A stretch of 64,000 nt of DNA, taken from assembly GCA_025786725.1 (NCBI GenBank), contig JAHLTZ010000009.1, positions 186,001-250,000 of the forward strand. Reading direction: 5' to 3'. Origin of the DNA: Syncephalis fuscata S228 (lineage: Eukaryota > Fungi > Zoopagomycota). A program made the position numbers and the translations under genes. Below, in pieces: positions 1 through 12,225 of this stretch (within the stretch, counting starts at the first letter, position 1; the number at the start of each line of letters is the position of its first letter). The notes under the pieces were generated by a model that did not search any database, had not been told where the DNA came from, and worked only from the letters and a program-made list of their open reading frames with translations.

Positions 1-99
1 TGTAAAATGTAAAATATAAATTGTAAAATGTAATGGATTTGGAAATATCTTTTATCATAGAGTTATTAAGCATAGGAAACAAAAGAAATATTGGCTCGT

Positions 100-803
100 C
101 TACTGATCCATATCCATTGAGGTGACCGTCTTTTTCTCCTCTTTCTGGGCCAGAATCTTTGCCTTGAGCGATGCCGATGGGATAAGTTCGACGCCACGTT
201 GCAATATCTTGATATCCTCTGCGCGTTCCTGGTCCCGTTTGCCCGACATACTGTAGAAAGTAGTAAAATATAGATTAGTTGGTCAATCCATTTTAATAGT
301 CTATTGCAAATGATCAATACATACCGGTTCTTGAAGTGAGCACGTTCACGTCGCTTGCGAATCTCGTGGACACGTTGCATTGCCTTGACAGTTGTTTGCA
401 TTAAGTTGCGGTCATAACGTACTGGAATATTGCGACGTTTCTCAAATTCAAATGTAGCATCCTAAATAAATAGTAATAATTAGATATTAGATATTAGATA
501 TTAAATATTAGATATTAAATGTTAGTAACTTACGATAGTCATTTCCTTGCCAGCTGCTCTACGGAATGCCTTGGTCCAGCGGATCTTACGTGGATTACGC
601 TTCATCTTAAAGTTCTTATGGCATTTTGAACGACAGAAGCGAAAGATCTACTTTTCCAGTATAAATAGCGTGTTTAATAACCTATATAGCTATAGAATTC
701 AACAATCTAGTCTAATACTGACCTTGCTATCATTGCGTACAAAAGTAATGCCATGGCCTGGATAGACCGTTGACGAACAGAAATAGCACTTTTCAAGCCG
801 CAT
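100..803 (-). CDS. RLP24: Ribosome biogenesis protein Rlp24 (L24e family), 4 exons
   Basis: Spliced translation [27 protein letters not shown]|[29 protein letters not shown]...[24 protein letters not shown] introns; TAG stop at 100-102. Confidence 0.95.
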
Positions 804-1185
804 AGTGACAATCCGTCCTTGTTATTGCTATTTTGCGTAATCAAACGTTCAGCAATAATAATAATAGTAGCAGCAATAATAATAATAGTACTAGTAGCAA
901 TACTAGTTGTAGCAGCAACAACAACGGAAAAGAACACGGCTCGTTACAGCGTAAATGTAGGAAAAAAATTGAGCTTTTTTTCTTTTTTATGGCTAACATT
1001 TTTGTCCTCACTAAAGCGTCACCACCAATATTGTTTATTGTGTCTATCGATTAACGACAACACACCCATCTTTATTCATACAATACTATTACACTTGATC
1101 AAGTAGTAAACACTTGACGACTGTGCCTGTACTTGTTTAGTATTGTTAGCGATCACTTGATTGGCCAGCTATTGCCGTGTAAACT

Positions 1186-1642
1186 ATGGTAACTATTAAG
1201 TTATGACTATTATTCATATACCATCGCTCTTAACAACAGCTTTTACCTTTGGTATTAGACGACTCCTATTGCGATTGGTGTTGGTGTTACGGCTGCTGCA
1301 CTAGGTATACGCTATGCGATGCGTAACTTTCAGCAGCTTCCCAAAGTTGCTGGCAGTCAAAACATGAAAAAGTTTTATAAAGGCGGCTTTGACGACAAGA
1401 TGAATCGCCGTGAAGCATTATTAATACTTGGTCTAAGGTAAGGGGCATTAATCTAGTTTATTAACTATTTAATAACATGTATATATTATTATAGAGAAAC
1501 GGGTCTTTCAAAAGATAAAATAAAGGTCGCGCATCGTCGTATTATGCTGCTTAATCATCCGGATCGTGGTGGTTCCCCCTTCTTGGCCACAAAAATTAAT
1601 GAAGCGAAAGAGTTTCTCGATGCAAAGGGTCGTATTCGTTAA
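1186..1642 (+). CDS. PAM18: Mitochondrial import motor J-protein Pam18/Tim14 (absent from ORF track)
   Basis: ATG-only exon 1186-1188, intron to 1258, then [16 protein letters not shown]...[21 protein letters not shown]...[30 protein letters not shown] (HPD motif). Confidence 0.95.
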
Positions 1643-1657
1643 AAGAACGCATTGAAT

Positions 1658-1679
1658 TATATATATATATATATATATA
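1658..1679. repeat. (AT)n microsatellite in the PAM18 3' UTR
   Basis: Run of about 11 AT units. Confidence 0.9.
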
Positions 1680-2364
1680 CACTTCTTATGCTTTCTTTCT
1701 ATGCAAAGTATTCATTTGTGCTCTGTGTTTAACAGTCTATACAATAAATCATCTACAAACCAGATATTGCCAAGTATTAATAGCATTTATTTACTATCTA
1801 TTACAGTAACTAATGGAACAAATGATATATTTAAATAAAACAAATACAGTTAAATTTATTCATATTGACTAATATTTATTAATTTATTACTTGTAATTAC
1901 TATGGAGTGTCTGATACTGAACGTGATCCGCGTTATTGATCCGAACTGATTAGTAAAATGCCGTCATTTTGATTTGTCATTTTGCCCATAATCAATAACT
2001 GTGTGTGTGGGTAACATGCATGTGAATACTGAGTGTATGTATGTGTGAGTATCTTAACTGTATAAATAAAAATCAGTGATTTGTCGGTAATCTCTGTTTC
2101 CGGTTACACTAATGCAACTCACACCATTAGTTTTAAACAAGCACTTGCGTTTTATCGGTAAATTACGTGTTTACTCGTCACCTCTTTCTCCAAAATACGT
2201 TTACACTCACTTTTACAAGGTAAATAGATAGATGGTATATGTTGGTCTAGTTAATAATAACGTACATAGTTTTGTTTGCCATTTACAGTGATAGCTCTTG
2301 CTTATAAGAGTCAGTTTGTTCAAGGTTTGTTATTGCTTTTATTTTAAATTTATATTTAAACACT

Positions 2365-3658
2365 ATGGTAAGTAGTATTATGGCTGGATAGCTATATTCG
2401 AATTAATAGACTGATCTAACTAGCCTCAGTCGTCGACAAACGCAACCTTTATTAGCACTGATAGTGCAATAGATAGTGCTCAGTCTATAAACGAGCCAGC
2501 TCTTAAAGACCAACTGTATGAAGTGACGCGTATCCCTTCAGCGCCTTTTCTGGAAAAAGAAATAACCAACAATAACATCAAATCCAATAACGATATTTCA
2601 TTAATACAAACTAATGTGGCGGATGCAGCCGCACCATTAAATCAGCCGATAATGAGTCTTTCATCCGATGAACCATCTAAAGCTACACGCCACCACCATC
2701 GACAAAATACATCTATAACAGCTTCCCGTTCGGCCCAACCATCTGCCACCGCCACAACTTCATTGAGATCACTAGCCATGCCAAAGGTTAAGTGTCTAGT
2801 ACGTACACGCCTACCCACTACTTCCGGCGAATGCCATGTCTATCTTTACCATAATGACGTTGATGATAAAGAACATATGGCGTTTGTATTTGGTGGCTAT
2901 GCCACCGGATGGAGTCGATCACTTGAAAGATCGTATGGTGGCGACGAGACAGCGATGGATCGTACTATTCGTGGTGCAGCACCAACTGCGCCATCTACTG
3001 TTCATCCTAGTGCCACTGAGCCACTTGTACGTATTCACTCAGAGTGTTTCACAGGTGAAACACTTGGTTCAATACGATGCGACTGTGGCGAACAGCTAAT
3101 AGAAGCGATGCGCACGATGAATAGACAGGGCAGTGGTATTGTTGTCTATCTGCGTCAGGAAGGCCGTGGTATTGGTCTACTGGAAAAGCTAAAAGCTTAT
3201 AATCTACAGGATTTGGGCCACGATACGGTTACGGCCAATCTATTGCTGGCTCACCCAGCTGATGGACGTACCTATGGTGCAGCCGTGGCTATTCTACAAG
3301 ATCTTGGTTGTCAAACATGCCAATTACTTACAATAATCCGGATAAGATTGAGCAACTGCAGCAAGGCGGATGGCTTACTGTTACCAAGCGTATTCCTATG
3401 ATTCCTGAACGATGGCAGAAGGCGATTAAAAGCGATGGTACAACTGAAAGTGAAACGACAACGACGACAACCACCACTTCTGCTTCGTCTTCTGGTGCCA
3501 CGACGCCGGCACAGTCGTATATTCCTAACGAGATGGATGGCTATCTACGGACAAAGGTTGAGCGTATGCGCCATTTGCTTGATATGCCTTCAAGCGTCGT
3601 AGAAGCATTGACGACAACAATGCAAAAGGAGGCAACAGCATTGATGGCCATTAATTAA
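2365..3658 (+). CDS. RIB1: GTP cyclohydrolase II (riboflavin synthesis)
   Basis: Motifs [44 protein letters not shown]-only exon at 2365, intron to 2423. A 1-nt deletion near 3330 breaks LLTNNPDK (probable assembly indel). Confidence 0.93.
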
Positions 3659-4036
3659 TTGTCACCATTATTAATTATTTGGCTACTTTATTGTTACTTT
3701 TTTGTTTATAGAATATACGTAACAGCTATACGTCGCACTTTATTTTTTTAAATCAACATCATACTATAGTCATTATAAATTCGCTATTAATCATAATTAA
3801 GTATATGCGTGTGTTAGTTTTTAGCTTAAAAATCATTAAGAGACATATGATATAATCGTAGAATACACATTTAATATACACTCAATATAGATATAAATAT
3901 AAATATAATATGTCTTCTAATAGAAAATAAATTTTAAGCTGATAGCATGTAAAATTTTAATCAAATGATACGTTGTTTATAACTACTAAGAATAAAGGAA
4001 ATGGCACAAATGTAGGAAAGAAACAAAAGCTAACAG

Positions 4037-6239
4037 CTACATTTTCACGTAATTGCCTATAATAATATAGTGGTTAGCAGTTTAGTAATTGCAATATGGT
4101 TGTTAGTCTTACCAGGAAAAGTGCCTTTTTTACCATTCAAGCTGCCCATCCACCAGCCATCAGGTTCTTCTGTACGTCGGATAATTTCGATCTTATCTCC
4201 GCTCTTAAATGGCAAATCACCAGGCTGATCACCATTAAAATCAAACAATGCGGTAGCAATTTCATTGCCATTTGGAGCTGGTGCGGCTGAAGATGCGTTA
4301 GGTATACTAGGTGATGGCATATCCATTCTAGTATTGGTTATGGGTAATACAGCACCGGCGGTATTAGCAGCAGTAACAGCATTAGCAGCAGTAGTAGCAT
4401 TAGCATCAGCGGCAGGAATGTCAGTATTAGCCGCTACATCATGGGCTGCGTATTCTGGTGGTGGCGATATGGATGGTGATGGTGGCGATAACTGGTTATT
4501 TGGTGGTTCTATTCATTTGATAGCAGTTAGTCAAATGCCAATTAAATATAATAATTTGCTGTAATTACCTGCTGTTTCAAGTTTAACATAGTTGGCTATA
4601 GAAATCAATTGTAAATTAATAAATATTAAAATGTTTGTTGACAACAACTTACCAGGAAAAATGCCCGTCTTATCGTAAAGCCGTCCAGTCCACCAATCGT
4701 TGGTGCTTTCCGTTTTATTGACAATTCGAATACGTTCGCCCTTTTTAAAGTTTAGATCGCCGGCCGTTTCACTGACAAACGGATAAACGGCTACTGCGTA
4801 TTGCTCACTCGATGATGGATGTACAATACGAGGTGGCGATGGAGTTGCTGTATTGGCTGTTGCTGTAGTAGCTGTTGGTGTTGCTCTATTGGGAGCAAGT
4901 CCAGGAGCAACGGCTGCTCCACCTCCAAATTGGTGAGCATTTTGACGCATAGAAAATTCTTTTTTTTCGTCATAAGGCGCACTAGGCGTGGTGGGTGTCG
5001 TTGGTGTTATTGGCGTTACAGCGCCACTTCCGGTTCTGGGCGTTACACCAGAACGAGATGCATTACGCGATACCGTCATAGCTAATGACATTAATAGGCA
5101 AAGTTAGCTGATGGTTAAATTGATCTATCATTTTTCTAATTTACCTTGAGGAGCAATTGAGCGTAACTCTTGTAAAATCTCATCGATTTGTGCTTTACGC
5201 ATGTCATATCCATCCTTGGCCGAATGTGAATAGTCGATATGACGCAACGAGACCAACGGTTGGAATTGTTGATCCAGCATGCTGCTGATTTTCAGCTGCA
5301 ATTGATAGAATGAAATGAAGCATGGTGCAATAAATTTACCACGCATTTGCAATAGCTTTGGCAAATCTTGTTTAAGTGAGCCGTTAATTGCATTGAATAC
5401 TTCGGTGGCTTCACCGGTGGATAATTCTGCCTAAATAGCATCGATAATAGAGTTAATCACGATCATTGTGTATTAAAACTCTACTTACTTGGCGTAATTT
5501 TTTTTCATCATTCAATGATCGTTCTTGTCTTTGATTGAGCGCTTTGACTGATGCACGGTGTCGGTCGTAGTCAAGTCGTTTACGCTCTCGTTTCTCGGTC
5601 GTTTTGTGAATGGCTTTGATTACTGAATTCAGCTCCAATATTGGTGTGATAACCGTGCTGGTCAATATTTCCTATTTCATGCAAACGTAAGCATGTGCAT
5701 TGGTCAAACTCCATTTGCTCATTCCACATGTTATAAACATACCAATTCTGGCTGAATAGCATTACGGGTTGTACGCATAATTTCTGCGTATTTTTCCGTT
5801 GTCTCAATAGCTTCGATGCTACTGGCATCTTTCTCGTTTTCACTAGGTATTGAACTTCCATTGGCGGTAGCCATATGTCCCGTTGAAGCGCAGATTGATA
5901 AAGCGTCAGCAATGTATCAGCAAAGCCTTGTTGGTGTTCCATCAAACTCGATACAGCATCCCGATAGAGTGTTGCATCTTTGTGTAGCTGTTGTGCACTG
6001 GACTCAAAGTCGTTAAATTGTTTTACCAAATAATCATATTCGGCATCATGCGTTTCTAAATAACAGCAATTCAATATCTTTGCAAGTAACTCTAATACAC
6101 TACCCACCCTCCAAACGGCCAGAGGACTCTTTGAGCATAGCCGGTAAACGGGCTATGCCTTTCTTTATACCTTTCCTATTAAAATAAATTGATGAATTAT
6201 ACTGCTTTCTTAATTTCTTTACCTCGCTTACCAGCTCAT
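4037..6239 (-). CDS. Rvs167/amphiphysin-like N-BAR protein with two SH3 domains
   Basis: N-terminus MSWKGIKKGIARLP; BAR motif RERKRLDYDRHR. Two SH3 domains: AVAVYPF...GDLNFKKGE...DWWTG...GIFPANYV and ATALFDF...GDLPFKSGD...WWMG...GTFPGNYV. Confidence 0.85.
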
Positions 6240-7506
6240 AATTGCAATATTACTGTAGATATGAAGAATAGAAGAAGAAGAAGGTGTGATAACGAGACGA
6301 GAAAAAACTGAACCCATCGGTTTTAAACGAGTCGAGTCACCATGCTATGTGTGTGTGTGGCAGTGTTCCAGTTTACTGCAGGTGCCAAGAATCCATGAGA
6401 TCATCATCTCTAAAAAAAGCGATAACTACCAGTCTCACGACTGTAAATGGTCTTTTACACGTTTGAATTCAATGGCACATTTATCATTATTCCTTAATTT
6501 GTACGTAAAATATAGTCTAGGGTCTTGGCAACTATCCTATCTTAATGCCATATTGCATTGACATCTCACTTGGATCCGGCAGCTATAGTACTTTCCAGTG
6601 TTTTAGATTTAGATTTATTACAGCTCCGACTTGGCAAAACCTCACCAACAGAAGTAAGCTATTAGAATAATCGGCCATTTTATAATAAATAGACTTTGTA
6701 ATCTATTTATTGTTATTTAGCAAAATGGCTGATTATGCATTAACAAAATTAAAGCAATATAATTTCATAGATGATGTATTGTATTAAATTTAGCAATCAT
6801 ACGCAAACATGTGCTTATCCAGTACACAATAATGATATATCCATATGCAGACTTGACGTATATGATGACGAGTTAATTTCATCAGAAATGAATCTATTGT
6901 TTTGCATGTAGAGCTATAAATACATACTATCGACATTTATTTATTTAACAAACTGCTGCTTTATTATTTTCATGCCGACAGTGTTTATGTATGACTAGAA
7001 TTACTGCACAGTAATCTTTCAATCCTTTTACCTCAAAATATCTGTTCTTTGCTTAATTGCCACTCTTATGTCTGCTCGGATGTACATATTTAAAAGTATA
7101 TATTTGTATTGTTGTCTACATTCATATAGTTATATTCTATTCCAAATAATAAAGCGTTTAAAATATGGCGAGCATAATACACATCACATCGATATCTTTA
7201 TAGCTTTAAAAATATCTTGGACTTTATTCATTGGGCTCAGCTTGATACCTATATAGTTTCATTTTTATTAAATCAAATATGTAGTAACAGAATAGAATAA
7301 AGACTTTATAGTTCAGTATTACTGTTGTATGTGCTATATGTGTTGAAATCTTTGCTTGATAATTCATAACAAATCTGAAAATGACAATAAATAAAAATCT
7401 ACGAATTAAAACTCTATTCTTGGTGCGCGCCTTTTGTTGAATCATCCACATTTGTTTATTGAATCGCGATAGCAGTATGGTATTGGCAACAGTTGAAAGT
7501 CCTATA

Positions 7507-9215
7507 ATGAGCCAGGATGGCGGCGACGATCCTCGTCATGACGCACCTATGGCTGACAGTGAGACTAGCAGCAATTTTGACTCGTCAAACGAATATTTGC
7601 CGTAAGTCATGACCTACATTCCAGTACACAATAGATTAACAGCACCATCTAGCTATTCGTGCTCAGAACGCGTTATGACATGCGAGTTTTGTCCTATTGA
7701 TGCCGGACAGGACTTGCTGGCATGGGGTAAGTGGTATTGCTTTATATTGACGCGCGTATACGTATTCAAATACATAGACTAATTATTTAATTTAGGCGGT
7801 GTATCCCAATTGGAAATTATTCGACGCAATAGAGTATGTAAAGTATTAAAAATAGCAAATTACCAGCTAACATTATGTATATCAGAAACAAAAAAACATT
7901 AAAAGCACTTCAAAGTAATAATTATGATAATATTAATTATAATCTATGTTTACCCATTCATTATTTTGTTTTATTAGTTGGACATGGATATCAGTAGCAC
8001 GACATTTAATTGGCGGACGAGTGGTTCGAATTGCTTGGTCGCCCGAGACCAAATGTTCATTAGCAGAAAAAGGAGAGCTGATTATTAATATCAAGCAAGT
8101 AAAATAAGCTAGTTAGCAAAACGAGCTAATCTCTTACAATAACAACAATAATAATAACAATAATAATAATGATTATGGTAATAATAGACTTGCAGTGATC
8201 ACAGGCACACAGCAGCTGCATGTCATTGAAAACGATAGCCAGTCCGTGCATCGCATAGGCAGTGGCGGTAGCGATATTAATGATCTTGTATGGTGTCCAT
8301 CAAATCCCAATCAATTGGCAACAGTTGGTGGTAAGTATATGGAATAATAGAGATAGAAGTAGTGTTTGCTTAATATTATTTATTTACTTTAATTAATTAG
8401 AGGACCATTTATGTCATTTGTGGTCAATTACCGCGGCTCATGGATTGCAAAAACTATCGACTGTATCGTTATCTAGCCCAGGTGTTGCTGTCTGCTGGCA
8501 TCCTACCGATGTAGGCTGTCTTATGGTAGCAGAACGTCTTGGTTATATCCGATTACTCGACTGTAGTCAATGGGATAGCGATGGCGACGGTATTGATGGC
8601 CATGCCACAAAGATAAAGATGCATTGGCGACTTACGCTTACTGCACCTCGTAATGGTGGACCATTAACTGGTGCGAGTTGGAAACCGCAAGATCGAACAA
8701 TGTACCTATTACATCAATGATTAATGCTCTAACTAACTGTATACTGGTTAAATAGATTTGGTGCTATTGTTGGAGATCGGTGGTATACATGGGATTTATC
8801 TGACTTCAAGAAACTTTTACCCGATCAGTCGGGCGAGGCCCATAGTGAAGGTGCTGGTGATTTCAAGTAAATATACGCAGTTTGCATAGCAATACACATA
8901 TTAACATTATTACAAACATGACAGATGGTCACCGGCTCATCCCAATCTATTTGCCACGTTTACCAAAGTACCAAAACCATTCAATGCTTTACGCTGCTAT
9001 GACACAAACTATCCACAAGGTAGTCACAATATTCAGTATATTATTTATGTTAACCTATAATTTATAATGATTTATATTCACAAATATATCTAGTACCGCA
9101 ATCCTACACGCTACCTACGCCAGCACCGCTTCGCCATGTGTCGTGGCATGCGTATGAGCCGTTACTTGTCGGCTGTGCCAATGACACGCTCTATTTCTGG
9201 ACAGTATCTGTGTAA
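7507..9215 (+). CDS. NUP37: Nucleoporin Nup37-like WD40 protein, multi-exon, includes a GC-AG intron at 8095
   Basis: RVVRIAWSPE, INDLVWCP, LATVGEDHLCHLW and LSSPGVAVCWHP...LMVAERLGYIRLLD resemble Nup37 (SPGMSVCWHP...LMVAEKNGTIRFYD). Confidence 0.8.
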
Positions 9216-9229
9216 TGCTCTTCTGTTCA

Positions 9230-10646
9230 TTACATATCCTCTACGCTCCATTTGTAGGCTTCCTCGGCAAGTACCGTTTTACCTGCTTGTCGGGCATAGT
9301 ATTCTTTTTCAAATCCATTTGAACGATCTAGCGTGTCATTGCAGTAGTGTATGCGTTGGAATTAATAGATACATCAAAATAAACGAGACTATTTTATATA
9401 TTATTGCTACTTACCGACACCATCCCAGCGGTAGCCAGGTGGAATACCAAATCGATTAGGTGGTGCTGGTGGTCCCGTATAACGTGGCATTCTTTTACCG
9501 CGACTTTTTTTCTCCTATGCCATAGTATGCATATTAACAATTTGTATGATTATTGTGATATAATCGATAATATTGATGGATTAATTAGTAGATTTATACT
9601 ATTAATACAGCCACTTACCGTAATAAATCCAGCTGCTGGATCATCCCAACGAGCCTTTGCCTTTAACTCGGCATTTAATTCTTCATCGTCGGCATATCGA
9701 GCCAGTGGCTTTTTAGCCTCTTCAGCTTCATGTAATTTACGTAATTCTGCAGCACGTCTCTGTACACGTCCCTTGCCCCACTCCATTTCCTTTTCTAATT
9801 GTTCTTCTTCAGCTCGTTTTTTAGCTGCTAATTCGGCTCTTTGGGCTGCAATATCAATACGGCGACCTATTTTACAGCATTTGTTAAGACAATATCATTA
9901 TAATGTTAAATACCGTGCTACCTACCACTTTGATCACGATAAATCGTCTCTTGTCCACGGCCAATAGTATCTGGATCGAGTTGATTGATATATTGTTGCT
10001 TGGCTGCCTGTAATGCTTGCGTGCTTTCTTTCAACTGCTTTGCTGTTTGTAGTCCTGCTCGTTGACCTGTTGACATACGAGGCCCATCCATGTCATTTTC
10101 ATATTGCATAGCATCTATAGCACATGATGTCTAAATTAATACAACAATCTATTACTTGCATCGTCCATAATAGGTACCAGTAGCTACTGATGGTGCTTCA
10201 GCATCACCCACACGCTTCCATGCTGGTGCTTTTGTTGGTATTTTACTTGTATCGACCGCCACCACCAATGGTGCATCTATGCACATTATTACAGTTAGAC
10301 TACAGCATTATACAGTTTACTGCCTATAAAACGATATACTACCTTCATCGTAATCTTGGTTAGCCATACCCATCGCGTCAACTATAAGACCTTCCTTCTT
10401 GCCAGCTGCCGTGCTTGAAGCAAGTATACTGAACTGTGTATCGGCCTCCCAGTTGCTGGCCACCATATCATCTTCGTCTACAATAGTGCCAGTGCCATGA
10501 TGCGCAACACTACTGGCGCCAGAAGGTGCTTTGCGCTTTTTTACCTTTCTAACTCTTTTTCCATCGGCTGTCAGCGTTGTCTGGCCTTCCTTTTGGCCTC
10601 CAGCGCTTAAGTAGTGCTGTGCGATATAGTCGCGTGTCGACGACAT
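9230..10646 (-). CDS. BUD13: RES complex splicing factor Bud13/Cwc26
   Basis: [71 protein letters not shown]; C-terminus YKWSVEDM*. Confidence 0.95.
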
Positions 10647-10829
10647 GGCCGTGTAAACGACAGAAAAAATGCCACTGGCAGTTATTACGATGCAGTGTAT
10701 TAATTATGAAAGGAAAGGAAAACTGTAAGATGTCACAGCCACGGTGTACAAAATACCACTTGCCACCAGCTCACCATAGATTCAGCCTCCTCTTTCACCT
10801 CACCGTAGGACACCGGAAGATCATTCATT

Positions 10830-12225
10830 ATGGTACGTGTCTATACTGCATTATTGTTGTCTATACAAGTGAACAAATCGATGTATGCATCGATAGATGG
10901 ATGGATAGATAGATGAACATCCAAGTATGTTGTTAGTATATGGATGGATGTATTGGTACATCAGTATTGATGTGCATATACTAACCATACAAATAACACG
11001 TTCACTCACTATATGATGATAGTAGTAGTAGCGATAATAGCCATTTATTAACCAGTCAGATATTGATATATCATTTATTACTGCTTCTATAGCCCTTCAT
11101 CAAGGTTGTGAAAAACAAGGCTTACTTCAAGCGCTATCAGGTCAAGTATCGTCGTCGCCGTGAGGGTAAGACCGACTACTTCGCCCGTAAGCGCTTGGTC
11201 ACTCAGGCCAAGAACAAGTATAACTCGCCCAAATACCGCTTGGTCGTTCGTTTCACCAACACCGACGTTATTTGCCAGGTTGTCTATGCTAAGCTCCAAG
11301 GTGATATCGTTTTGGCCGCTGCCTACTCGCACGAATTGCCCAAGTACGGTCTTAAGGTTGGTCTTACCAACTGGTCTGCTGGTAAGTCAATGCATTTTAG
11401 TAGAGTATATGCATACGCATACAGTAGCAATTCGTTGATTGAAGTGATGACCAGCATAGTTCACCTGAACTACTAAAAAATGTTGACCACAAATTTTCTT
11501 TCGCTCCTATCTGATCGATCATTGAATTGCTATTATACGCGTAATAGTAAATACTCGATAGTAATGAAGCAGATAGCTAACAAATAATTTCCATTTTGAC
11601 TATTTGCTACGATTTAGCCTACGCCACTGGTTTGTTGTTGGCTCGTCGTGTGTTGACCAAGCTTGGTTTGGCCGACAAGTACGAAGGTACCGAGGAAGCC
11701 GATGGTTCATTCAACCTCGTTGAAGCCAACGGTGACGGTCCACGCCCATTCAAGTGCTTCTTGGATGTCGGTCTCCGCCGTACCACCACTGGTGCCCGTG
11801 TCTTCGCTGCCATGAAGGGTGCCTCTGATGGCGGTATCTTGATCCCTCACTCTGAGAGCCGTTTCCCAGGCTACGACACTGAGGCCAAGTCCTTGGAGGC
11901 TGAAGTCCTCCGCAACTACATCTATGGTGGTCACGTTTCCGACTACATGAAGCAGCTGCAAGAGGAAGATGACGACAAGTACAAGCGTCAGTTCGGCAAG
12001 TACATTGCTGCCGGTATCACCGCTGACAACTTGGAGGAAGTCTACAAGAACACCCACAACAAGATCCGCGCCGACCCAGTCTTCACGCCAACGACCAAGA
12101 AGTCTGCTGAGGAATACAGCAAGCTCAAGAAGTTCCACAAGCAGCCACTTAACCGCAAGCAGCGCATGGACCGCGTCAAGCAGAAGAAGGAAGCTTTTGC
12201 TCGCGCCCAAGCTATGGAAGAGTAA
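10830..12225 (+). CDS. RPL5: 60S ribosomal protein L5 (uL18), 3 exons
   Basis: ATG | intron 10833-11092 | [29 protein letters not shown]... | intron 11382-11617 | [11 protein letters not shown]. Strong C-ending codon bias. Confidence 0.98.
11439..11519 (+). ncRNA. snR60: Intronic box C/D snoRNA, snR60/SNORD80(U80)-like
   Basis: Box C GTGATGA 11444-50, D' CTGA 11465-68, C' ATGTTGA 11480-86, D CTGA 11511-14. Guides GCATAGTTCAC and TCTTTCGCTCCTAT are complementary to conserved LSU rRNA GUGAACUAUGC and AUAGGGGCGAAAGA. Flanking stem gcaattc/gaattgc. Confidence 0.9.

Noticed and set aside
479-520. 7-bp tandem repeat (ttagata)n
   Set aside because: Simple minisatellite inside an RLP24 intron; no evidence of function.
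707-1106. Low-complexity ORFs (poly-N/S, poly-I) between RLP24 and PAM18
   Set aside because: They arise from AAT/AGC triplet repeats in the 5' UTR and divergent promoter.
3320-3340. Frameshifts in RIB1, and likewise in PSD2, the ABC transporter, the BAR gene and the kinases, as programmed frameshifting or pseudogenes
   Set aside because: Almost all are 1-nt deletions, often in short homopolymers, spread over essential genes with intact motifs. The twin kinases are broken at different sites. Long-read consensus error is the simplest explanation.
8702-8755. NUP37 intron with unusual donor GTACCT as another U12 intron
   Set aside because: It lacks RTATCCT and has a U2-type CTAAC branch.
11707-12210. 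167-aa antisense ORF over RPL5
   Set aside because: Shadow of strong codon bias in RPL5; no independent coding signal.
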